A DNA stretch of 64,000 bases from Eledone cirrhosa (taxonomy: Eukaryota): assembly GCA_964016885.1 (NCBI GenBank), contig OZ024743.1:38006001-38070000 (forward strand), in the 5' to 3' direction. The notes under the pieces are model-generated. The model saw only the letters and a list, made by a program, of their open reading frames with translations. It was not told the origin of the DNA and did not search any database. Position numbers and translations under genes: made by a program. How positions within the stretch are numbered: the stretch's first letter is position 1; every line of letters starts with the position of its first letter. This document shows positions 15,110-26,511 of this stretch, piece by piece.

Positions 15110-15825
15110 ATATTTGTTTATTGAAAATAACCAACAAAGGTTTAATATAATAGGTCTGTTTGGGAACAGGTTTTGAATTGACCAATAGAAAAGTAGTAAG
15201 TGATCAAGTTGATAGAATAGTAGTATTAGAAATTTAATTTAGGGGTAGAGGAATGCAGACTTCAGTTTTGAATGGAAAGAATACTTTGAATGAAAAGATT
15301 ACTTTGGGGACGAAAAGAGGTCAAGCCCGTGAAAGGTACACGAAAATGTGATGTTATTGTCGATATTGTTAAAATCGAAGGAGATTAAAATTTTAGGATA
15401 AATGTGTTAGTGAGAAATACCAATCTTATTTAAAACATAAGGAATTTAGATCTATAAAAAGAAATTAAATTAATTTAATTGATAGGTATACTTATAGGGA
15501 TATATTTATATTAATTCATATAGATGTGATAAATAAGAGTTAGATGTTATTAAAGAATGTTGTTAAAAAACGAAGGAAAAGAAATTTGGGGGGGGGGGGG
15601 TAAATGTATTAGTGAGAAATAACAAACTTATATAGACTACAAGGAATTTAGATTCATAACAGTAAATTAAAATAATTTATATGTATACTTATAGGTATTA
15701 ATTTTAGGAAAAGATAGCTATAAAAAGGAAATAAAATTATGAAGTTCTCAGTAGTAAAATACTAATTATAGGTTAACTAAATAAAAAAAAACTAATTATA
15801 ATAATTTGTAAAATATATGTGTATA

Positions 15826-16660
15826 TTAATTAGGTTTGTAATATTTGAAAGTTCTTCTATTTCTATGATTGCACGATATAATTAATTCTTGTCGCTTATT
15901 TAAAAGGATATCCTTAGATTTCATTATTTCAAAAAGTTCCTGGGAACATAATCTATGTTCATATCTGTTATTTTGAGCACACTCCAGGTCAGGTTATAAT
16001 CGATATTCTTTTTTCTATAATTATTAATTATTTCAGCCAAGGATGTTGTATTAGCTAATGCGGCATTTTAAAAACTGTGTTTGTGGGTATTAAATCTTAC
16101 TTTAAATTGGTTAGAAGTAGCTCCTATATATGAATAAGTTGAGTCCTTAGTGCTAATCTTACATTTATATACTATGTTATTAATAAGGCAATTTCCTTTT
16201 AATGGGCAATTTTCTTTGTTTCTACAGTTACAACCATTCATGAATATTATATCAGAGAAGTTAGTCAAATTAGTTGTGGAATTTACTAGACTTATTGTAT
16301 GTGAATGAGATGGCGGTTTGCTGCGGTTTATTTTAGTATTATGGTTAGTTTGATGTGTTGGTGGTATATTCATGTTTTTTTTTAACATTCATATGCATTG
16401 TAGGCACTTATATTTTGTTGTATATTTTTGGTAGTGGAGTAGGAGAATTTGACCGTTGATCTATTTAAAATGTGATGGTATTTATGGTTTAGCGGGAAGT
16501 TTTTCTCTAGGATAGTAAAAGAATTTTTAGGGATATTATCTTTAATTTGTAGATTAAATGGAGCATTATACCAAGTTTTCCTGTGATTTTCATCGAAAAA
16601 ATTTTTGAATACATCTCTTTTCATGATATTTGGATTACATTGAGTTCTTCATACGGATTG
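15826..16660 (-). pseudogene. PLE (Naiad-type) linker + GIY-YIG remnant; element extends to ~14920
   Basis: WYNAPFN...FPLNHKYH...KFSYS; GCNCRNKENCPLKGNCLINNIVYKC...YIGATSNQFKVRFNTHKHSF; LC..E...LLNKRQE...CNH..KPN*; frameshifted. Confidence 0.9.
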
Positions 16661-16721
16661 GACACTACCGTATATTTTGGTAGATTTATCTACAAATATA
16701 TATATATATATATATATATAT

Positions 16722-17284
16722 CTAAGGCGGGTAAAATTCCCGAGATCCATGGACGAGTTCTCTCCAGCGGTCTCTGTCCCTCATTATCGCTGCCATATCC
16801 TGCATCTTCAACAGACCAGTGTCTGTCCTTAGGGCATCAACATATGTTAACCTTGGTCTTCCTCTTCTAGTGTGTCCATGTAGGGGCTCCCAAAGGAGCA
16901 CTGAGTGCAATGTCAACTCTGGATGTCGGTGAGCATGTCCAGCCAACCTCAGTCTCCTCTGTGTCACTTTTGAGCTGACTTTTGGGATGCTCCCATACAG
17001 CTCTGAGTTTTTCATCCTCAGTGTATACTGATTAATGTTCAGAGCCATCCTCAGCATTCTCGTATAGCACCCATCCACCATCTGAGTGAGTCTCTTGGTC
17101 AGTGTCCAAGTCTCAGACCCATACATCAGCACAGACTCCACTATAGCAATGAAGAGGCGGATTTTCAGGTCTCTACGAAGGTCCGACTTCCACACCGATC
17201 TCAAGCTGTGACACGCCGCCCAGGCCTTGCTCTTCCTCTCAACCACATCATCTTCTGTATTCCTAATATTTGCTCCCAAATACA
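16722..17284 (-). pseudogene. RTE-type non-LTR retrotransposon 3' coding fragment
   Basis: YLG...KIRLFIAIVESVLMYGSETWTLTK...RRLRLAGH...GRPRLTYVD; 5'-truncated; the N-terminus of the called ORF is microsatellite. Confidence 0.85.
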
Positions 17285-17286
17285 GG

Positions 17287-17416
17287 ATGTATGTATGTAT
17301 GTATGTATGTATGTATGTATGTATGTATGTATGTATGTATGTATGTATGTATGTATGTATGTATATATATAAAAGGTATACAGAAATAACAACGCAATCG
17401 GAACAGTATAGTGAAT

Positions 17417-17450
<34 letters not shown>

Positions 17451-17513
17451 TCACTACACTGTCCCGATTGCGTTGTTATTTCTGTATACCTTTTATATAC
17501 ATACATACATACA

Positions 17514-17549
<36 letters not shown>

Positions 17550-17560
17550 TATACATACAT
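17287..17560. repeat. Palindrome centred on a (TA)n run
   Basis: (TATG)n + 17371-17417 is the near-perfect reverse complement of 17448-17494 + (CATA)n. Confidence 0.85.
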
Positions 17561-17578
17561 ATATATATATGTATATAT

Positions 17579-17735
17579 AACGAAGGCAATGTGGTAAGGA
17601 ACCAGGTGGACCATAACGCACCAAAGTACTCAATACTTAGGGTAGTAGAGTCGGTAATAGGAACCAGTAAGACCCCGACGGCTGAGTTCAAGCCGTTTCG
17701 ACGATTTGAGCTCAGCCGTCGGGGTCTTACTGGTT

Positions 17736-17738
<3 letters not shown>
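17579..17738. mobile_element. Fold-back element copy 4 (hairpin centre deleted)
   Basis: Same head and ends as copy 1; arms aggaaccagtaagaccccgacggctgag / ctcagccgtcggggtcttactggttcct. Confidence 0.88.
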
Positions 17739-17809
<71 letters not shown>

Positions 17810-17885
17810 AAAGTAAGTCCATAGAATCATTTGATAAAATATATACAATATTTCTTCTCTCAATCAGCATAATCAACCACACAAA

Positions 17886-18676
17886 CATCAATTAAACGAG
17901 GCTATAAGTTTAAAATGTACCTATGAAGAAACAATAGATAAATAAATGATAGCTATTTTATCCACGAACCACAGGCACAGAAGATTTACCTACTATTTCT
18001 AATAGCCCGTAGAAATTGACTAGACATATAGTTAACCATACACAATTAGGTACAAAATCAAAGTTAGAAGAAAAAATGTACATAAACATACCAAAATCAT
18101 GTTTCTATCCCGGAGGCTTCATTCGCTTTTTGGAAATTTGCGATCATGGATAAATCAACGAGTTTCGAAATCATAGGTAAACAAACTTAATTGGACAAGT
18201 GAAACTTGAGTGAAACTTTAGGCAGTATTCGGCTGCTCTTTCTAGCAACCAGCCTACTCGCCGTCAGGCACCAATCACAAACTTTCTGACCTGACCACTG
18301 ACCATGTGACAATTCTTAGCCATTTTGAATTCGTTCCTGGCGGGGATCATTTAAGAAAAATCTTTGTCCAATTGAGTTTGTTTCCTGATGATTTCGAAAC
18401 TCGTTGATTTATCCATGATCGGCTATTTCCAAACAGCGAATGAAATCTCCGTGGGTAGAAATATGATTTTGGTATGTTTATGTACATTTGTTCTTCTAAC
18501 TTTGATTTTGTACCTAATTGTGTATGGTTAACTATATGTCTAGTCAATTTCTACGGGCTATTAGAAATACTAGGTAAATCTTCTGTGGCTGTGGATCGCG
18601 GATAAAATAGCTATCATTTATTTATCTATTGTTTCTTCATAGGTACATTTTAAACATATAGTCTCGTTTAATTGAT
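17886..18676. mobile_element. ~310-bp inverted repeat with ~165-bp spacer (inverted PLE pLTR or MITE)
   Basis: 17886-18198 is the reverse complement of 18365-18676; contains a minimal hammerhead-like CTGATGA-TTTC-GAAAC-TC-GTT at 18385-18405. Confidence 0.75.
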
Positions 18677-20022
18677 TTATTATGTGTGGTGTGGGTGTGG
18701 TGTAGTCGTTTGTGATAAAGATAAAAATTAGCGGTGTTTATGTTGGTGTGATGATTGTGTTCGTGGTTTCATTTCCATAAGGAGATACATACATAGACAC
18801 ACTAAGTCTGACAAATACGTAGTATAGATACACATGTATATATATATAGAGAGAAAGAGAGATAGAGAGAGAGGGGGTGAGAGAGCGAGAGAGAGAGAGA
18901 GAGAGCCAGTGGGGATGGCGTTCACAGGCCAAACTGTCTACCCCCACACTCTCGCACACTTCAACCTGCAATCAACACCACAACATTTTCACCACACCCA
19001 CACCCACATACACTACAAGCAAAAACATCCCTATGAACTAATCCACCAATCAAAACAACCTTTATTGACCACCATTGGAACTTCTGAATTTAGCATACAG
19101 CATGTATTCATTCTTCCATTAACATTACAACGGGTCTGACGAGCCACGGATTACAAAGTCAGGTCAGATCGATACAGATCGAACCTTGAGCTGGTCAGTG
19201 GCGAAACGCCAGTCACCAACCAACAAACGTAATGAAGGAGTAACCAATCGTCCTTGTTATCTGGGAATATACTCCGGTATTTCCCAATGTTTGTTGAGTG
19301 AGTCGGAAATTGGTCGGAGTATCGCTATTAGCTTTCTCCGTTTATGTTATTATGTAGGATACTCTTGGAACACCAGAAATGAACTTTCCCGATATAATGT
19401 ATAACTCTCTTTGTTTATTTTTTATATGAATATTGATTGTTTGTTCCTTTATCTCATATCTGTTATTTTGCCTGAGAAAATATTCTGTGTCCTTAAACAG
19501 TACACACATATATTTATTTTTTCATATCTTCGCACGAGGATTGAATTCTTGCTAGAGTTCAATGACCTGCATGTGTATTATTTTGCACGGTAGCCTCCCC
19601 CTCCCATTTTAGGGACAGTGTGAGATTTTCTTTCGAGCAGCTGGACTTACAACTTAGCAGCTCTTTCTAGCACTGATGGAGATTATCGTTAAATATTGAT
19701 GTTGATTTAGTTATTAATATTAATATTACTTGGGCACCCACTGAAGATTTGTAAGAGCCCACTTGCATAACAATCCACCAATCTTACGCAAGTGTCTACA
19801 TAACTTGGTATAATTTCACCTCCTATGTAGAAATTTTACAATGAAACGATTCGTTTGGGAAATGAGATCTTTAATATATCTCATACAAAATAATACTGCC
19901 AATCATCCACACAATACATATAGTTAGCACTCCAAACGTTTAATTGGGAATATACACCGGTATTTCAGAATGTTTGTTGAGTGTGTTGGAAATTGGTCGC
20001 TATTAGCTCTCTCCGTTTCTGT

Positions 20023-20067
<45 letters not shown>

Positions 20068-20069
<2 letters not shown>

Positions 20070-20374
20070 ACCCGGATGTAACACATGCACAAACTAAGGA
20101 CACAATACACATGAAAACAAGATGGCATAGGACAGAACAAAGGAGAGGCACAAAACAAAGAAAAGAATCCCCGGTCACTGATGAGGTCACAGAATATGTC
20201 ACGAAATAACTTTGACAATATATGAACAACTGTCTGGTTGTGGAACCAACCAACCAACCGGAAATTTATAAATGTCTTATACATTTCTTAAATTTATATT
20301 TTAATTTATAATAAATTGAAATTAAAGCATCTGGTGCGTGTGTTTCTTATTGGCAACATGACCCTCCCAAAGTA

Positions 20375-20443
<69 letters not shown>

Positions 20444-20690
20444 ATACTTTGGGAGGGTCATGTTGCCAATAAGAAACACAAGTTCCTGTTGGTTTTCACT
20501 ACAATAAATTAAAGGTTTCTCGTTGGCTGATTGGTTCAATAACCGGATGGCTCTTTATTCATTGTCAATGCTTTTTCATCCCACATTCTGTGTCATTTCC
20601 AGTGACCGATATGTTATTTTGGGTCTCCCCATTTTACTGTTATACGCCATCTGCTGAATCAGACGACATTGTGTTTTCCCAAAGTCGTTA
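20068..20690. repeat. Two diverged copies of a non-coding element tail-to-tail around (TA)n; degenerate hammerhead at 20174-20216
   Basis: 20339-20378 is the perfect reverse complement of 20441-20480, with weaker similarity beyond; GTCA-CTGATGA...GAAA..TT-TGAC. Confidence 0.65.
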
Positions 20691-21729
20691 TCTTCGCATC
20701 AAGAATAAAAAACATATACTGCAATGGCCTGGTTTTCAAAGTACCCCATCTCTTTAACAAGCAACCAAATTATCTTAGAGATCACCAAGTGCGCATATAT
20801 GATAGATGCTTTTAAGAAACATTTCGTCATTTTGAAAACCAAGATCCCTCCTGAACCCACAACACGTTCCGAAGCGCAAATATGGGCGTCAGCAACATGC
20901 TCCCTTTTGCATGTACGGCCAAGCAAATATGGTTGGCTATAGAAAGTCTCTTGTTGCACCATATGTTTCTTTTTGCTGAATCTGTTTGATACTATGATTT
21001 ATGTTAAACTAACAAAGTGCAATATTTGAATAGAATTGGATCGTAGCGGGTCAAACTTTGAGCTATACCACATTTCACACAGTATATTCTTACTAAATAC
21101 AGATGAGACATTTATGTATATTAGATATATTTAGAATATATAAAATAAGTTATATCGTTGTACTATACTTTGTTTTATTATGATAATAAATAAGTTCATA
21201 TTTGAGTGATATGACAATGATATATACACGAAGTTAAGTTATGAAGTTTCTGATGATTTCTCGGTTTTCTCTCTTTTTTTGTTCTTTACTAATTTACATT
21301 GTAATCTATAATTAGAACAAAATCAATTGATGAGACAAAAGACATTTAACCCTGGAAGGAATTTCGACAATAGAAAACTCACTGGACGGAACATATTTAT
21401 TGGTCTAGGTAAAATATATACGTATTTTATCAACGTTAAACAAATGAATGATTTCAAAGTGTGTAGTTCAACTGATGAATACTGTGAATTTTAACCGGAA
21501 ATACAATTATCTTGTGCAAAATTTCTCTTTGTATTAATATTCAGTTTTCACAATCATAGACCAGCTATGTAATGAATTAGGAATTGGTATCTCAAAAACT
21601 CATAAATATATCTATTGTTGTAGCAGACGCATTTTATATTTTCTGTTAAGTTTAGATATCTGAGAAACTATATTTGTGATGATCGAAAGAAGTGTAACAT
21701 ATGGATGATACTACTATACACACACACAC

Positions 21730-21850
<121 letters not shown>

Positions 21851-21860
21851 TAGATATATG

Positions 21861-21892
<32 letters not shown>

Positions 21893-21893
21893 A

Positions 21894-21960
<67 letters not shown>

Positions 21961-22022
21961 TAGATATATAGATATATGTATGTATGTATGTAAGTATGTA
22001 TTATTACATATTACAAACATAG

Positions 22023-22063
<41 letters not shown>

Positions 22064-22324
22064 TACACATACATAAAATGTAGGATTCCGATGTAAATTG
22101 GGGGCATCAAGTGTCAAAAAGTATTCAAAGTTTGTAGTATGTAAGTATGTAGGTATATTAATTTTATAATAGGATGTTAATATGAATGAACAGTTCTAGT
22201 CTTCTAGATGTATTTTCTAATATAAATTACACAAACACACACATATTTATATATAGTGGTAGAACACTGTAAGGTAATATCCGTAGTGGTAGAGCACTCA
22301 GTCCATGGGACGAGTTAGGTAGAT

Positions 22325-23074
22325 GTGGTTACACAGGAGTTAGTTCACCATGCCGAGAACAATTGTTTCATCTTAGCGGATCCTCAGCTTGTAATGGACA
22401 TGGTTATACGGAACAGGAAGGACGACCGTACGAACGCGCATGCGTCCTCTTCAACAGAAATGCAAAACACCCGCTGTAGTTTATGAAGTTGTGGTCACTT
22501 CCAACCAACCAAATCAACGACAGGAGGTCAAATCCTATGAGGGTATAGCGGAGGGTCGATTTAAGGAGCGCTTCCTGAACCACCAATCGACCTTTAGGTA
22601 CCGGACAGACGTTCATCCACGAAACTCGCGAGCCATATATGGTCCCTCAAAGACTCAAGTATAGACTACTCCATTCAATGTAAAGCCATCACTAAGTCTA
22701 AGCCATGCACAAGGGGAAATCCGTCGTGTGGACTATGTATTGATGAAAGAATAAATATTCTAAAGAGATTACGCCATAGTTATTGTCTAAACACAAGAAA
22801 TAAATTCTTCACTAGATGTCCACACGTCTGGAAACACCTCTTACATAACTGCAAAGCTCCGGATTGAATTACAACAACATCCTAATTTTCTTATCAACCA
22901 GAAACTTTCGGACTTTCGCAGTTACACCTCTCGCACGTGAAGTGATCGTTTCTGCGCATGAGCGTTTGTACCGTTGTCCTTTCTGTTCTGTATAACCATG
23001 TCCATTACTGGCTGAGGTTCAGCTAAGGTGAAACAATTGTTCTCGGTATTGTGAACTAACTGTTGTGTAACCAC
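22325..23074 (+). mobile_element. 5'-truncated PLE with inverted pLTR and GIY-YIG remnant
   Basis: 22325-22444 is the reverse complement of 22955-23074; the interior encodes PLQQKC...VVYE...SYEGIAEGRFKERFLNHQSTF...CGLCIDE...LNTR...CPH; degenerate CTGAGG..GAAACAATTGTT hammerhead in both arms. Confidence 0.85.
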
Positions 23075-23166
23075 TTCTATATATATATATATGGTGTATT
23101 TTGTGTTAGTTAATCAAACCCCACTATTCTACGAAGGATAGAAAACTTGACGAAGTGCTTGTATTA

Positions 23167-23225
23167 GCTCTCTGATGAGGTCGTAACTGTAACATAACAG
23201 TTACTATCAATATACGTATAAAAGC
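23167..23225 (+). ncRNA. Degenerate hammerhead (same family as 5143)
   Basis: GCTCT-CTGATGA-GGTC GTAACTGT..ACAGTTAC TATC-aata-TACGTA-TA-AAAGC; GAAA mutated, probably inactive. Confidence 0.55.
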
Positions 23226-23495
23226 GCTTGTGTGACAAAAGAATGTGGTAAATTCTAACCTGCTGACGTCTACTTCATTGTTTTATATATGTATGTATAT
23301 ATAATTATAAATACATATATACTTTTATATGTCGGTTTCTAACATAGATACAAGGCTCCCTCATGGGAATTGAAACAACATCAACTAGGTAGATATATGC
23401 ATGTGTGTGCAGGTATTGATGTTAATGTATATGTGAATGCATGTTTTGAGTTATATGTGTACATGCGCATATGCTTTGAATATGTACATGTGCAG

Positions 23496-24660
23496 TTATA
23501 AGATGCAGAATCTTTTGAATGTTTTAGATATTTTTACTGTTCCCTTAATAAATTGTACTTGTAATTTCCTAACTAGTCGTGTTCTTTCTGGTTCTGTGAA
23601 CCTCAGCTTCTCAAGATTTGTATTGAGGCAGTTACTAACATGTCCCAGTGTCCCAATAATAACAGGTATAAATCTGAAGTCAGGGTGGAATATCTGAAGA
23701 TATCTCATTATTTCTGCATAAATATTCCCCTTTTCACTGATCTTTAATATCATATTGGCATCTGTTGGGCAGCTAATTTCAACTACTGTGCATGCCTTCT
23801 TTTCCCTGTCCCATATCATTATATCTCGTATATCATGTTTGTATTTTATTAGGGTTTTGATTGGAACATTCCACCAGTACTCTTTCATATTATGTATGTA
23901 TATGTCTTTCAAATTGCTGTAACTATTAATGTGTTTATTGTCGGGGCTATCTTTTCTACGGGTTTCATTGCACAGCATTGTGGCCACTACATCATGCCTC
24001 ATAGGTAGATAGTACCGTGATGACATCTTTGGACAGCTGCTTATGACATGGGTGACATCTTCGATGTAAATTTTAAAGAGTTTGCCTTTGTTCTTGCATC
24101 TTGGTGTTTTGCTTGCATGCCTATCTCTTTTTTGAATCAGGTATTTTGTGTTGATTTCCTTCTCTTGAAATGCAAAAGCATATCCTCCAAAGAGGGAGTC
24201 AATATACGTTGTCTATGTCATTGTTAATGTGGAAGTTTCCGGTATTGTATAGAGTTTTTCGAGATCTAACATCAATTGCTCGGACGTTGTCTATCGTCCA
24301 ATCGAGTGTTACAAACTTTGGTACTAGAAGATGCACAGAAAAGACATTGTGAGCAACGGTTTTATTGTACGCTGAGAGTTCTGATTACAATATTTTTCTT
24401 AATATGGTGTAATATTCCCTGGTTATGCGTTCCTTATTACAAATACCATTATAGGATTTATCTCATCTCTCCCCAGGTATCTGTTGCAGTCCTCGGCAGA
24501 TATCGGTGAATCATTTAGGCCATTGATGAAAATGTTGATGGATTGGATTGTATTTTTTCCTGCTTTACAATCAATAATGAACATTTATCTTGGTCAAACT
24601 CCATTCCTATATCCAGGTCAAGGCTTTTCTTAATCCCATTTATGTTCTTCATCCAACTTA
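23496..24660 (-). pseudogene. R4/Dong-like non-LTR retrotransposon remnant (CCHC zinc finger + restriction-like endonuclease)
   Basis: E..THVISSCPK..Y..RHDVVA, K..I.DIMIWD......VVEISCP.D, PVIIGTLG: RLE-clade C-terminal motifs; upstream IGMEF..DKC RT remnant at 24515-24660. Confidence 0.8.
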
Positions 24661-24738
24661 TGTATGTATGCATGTATATATGTATGCATGTATGTATGCA
24701 TATATGTATGCATGTATGTATGCATGTATGTATATATG

Positions 24739-24775
<37 letters not shown>

Positions 24776-24812
24776 ATGTGTATACATATATAAACACAGT
24801 CACCCATTTACG

Positions 24813-24843
<31 letters not shown>

Positions 24844-25046
24844 TTAATTATACTATTTATGGATATGTAAATACTAAAACCTTTTGCAGTTATATATATT
24901 TTTATACAAACCCTAAATAGTGGTAGGTAGTAATATCTTACTATCTTATTACCAGTAAGTTAAGTAGCTCAATGTAAAAACATCAGATGATTTACAGAGC
25001 AGTTATATGAATTATAAGAATCAAAGAACTGTTCAAAACATTTTTA

Positions 25047-25093
25047 TGCTTACAACTGTTTCCTCCAAACCGAGGTTTGGATTCTTCGGAGCA
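25047..25093 (-). ncRNA. Hammerhead ribozyme of the PLE pLTR (variant core CCGAAGA)
   Basis: Reverse complement reads TGCT-CCGAAGA-A TCCAAACC tc GGTTTGGA G-GAAA-CAGTTG-TA-AGCA. Confidence 0.75.
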
Positions 25094-26511
25094 ATTTATT
25101 AATGAATGAACACTTATATGACCTCCTTTTCACCCAAGAGACATACAGATACATATGCAAATATTGTGGGTCAACATTCATTACAGCATTTAGAGTGGCA
25201 GCACACACTTAGAGATTACATTCATATTAAAAGATACAATCAAAAATACAGGTTAATATACAACATGAAAATAAGCGGTTATATAGTGCAAAGGTTATAT
25301 GTGTGGCAAGCACGTGCGTCTTGTTTATATAGTGTGGCAGAGAGTTACGTGTAGTAGAAGCACTTAAGTAGGTAAACAAGAGTGTTAGGTTGGTTGATCT
25401 GGTGACAAATTCTTTATATGATTGTTATAGTCTGTGTGTGTGGAGAAATAATATAAGCATTAAAAATAGTGCAAGCATTAAAAATATTAAAAATATTGGA
25501 AATGCGCAGCGAAGGGATGATATGGACTTCATGTACTTCGACATTTTCATAGTCTGGGGAGTGTATTTTTCAGATTATATGCCCCTCACATAATCCACGA
25601 CGATTCGATATTGAGTGTTTGACAATCCAGTTAGAGAATTGTAGTCTGATGTTCTTTAGTTAAAAACAGGAGGATGTTATGGAAGTGTGTGTGTGTGACT
25701 AAGGGGATTTAATGCATGAGGAGAGGTAACTCCGAGGTTTCTATTACTAACTATTAAAATGTGTCTCAAAATAGACCCTAACTTCTATGGTTATGCGCTA
25801 TTTCTAAAAAATTTCCAAAATTTAAATTGTCTTAACTATAGAGTAGTCTATTAAGTTGTGCTGAAGGTGTTCGTATTATTATGGTGATTAACCCCCACCA
25901 TAGAGTGCCACAAATGAATATTATAGACGACGAGCGAGGATTCTAAATTAATGATCTCTGTGGTTGCAGTCTACTCAAAAGGACCAGGCGCGGTGATTGC
26001 AGAATGACTTCAACACACAATGATCTCAGGTAAGTTCTGGGTCATCGCTTGCTACATTGGATGTCGAAAGATAATCATCACCAGGGCCGACCAGAGATCA
26101 ATCCGCAGTCCTCCTGACCCCAATCTGACCATCAAATCATCCATATATGTACAACCCATACGCCACTTGCAATACATTCATTCCCTGCACTCAGCGTACC
26201 GGTCATACTGCTCATCAGCGTTACTAGATTAATTCGTTTTTCGTCTGTTCAACGATGGCACTTCCTCCCCACAACAATAACAAGACAATCAATTCATGCT
26301 TAAATTACCTATAGAGCGGTGTAGTGCAGTTCAAGTGGGTGGCTGTTGTCACACCTAAAGTAGAGGTACAAATGGGTAATCGCCCTGCGAAGGGTACTAG
26401 AGGGATGTCGCTGTTTGTGTTATATTAGATCAGTGAGTGTTGGGTATGTCGTATAAGGTGTGCCCCTGGTGTTTGATGCTAGAGGTGGTGTTTGGTTCAA
26501 GTCCGACATTG

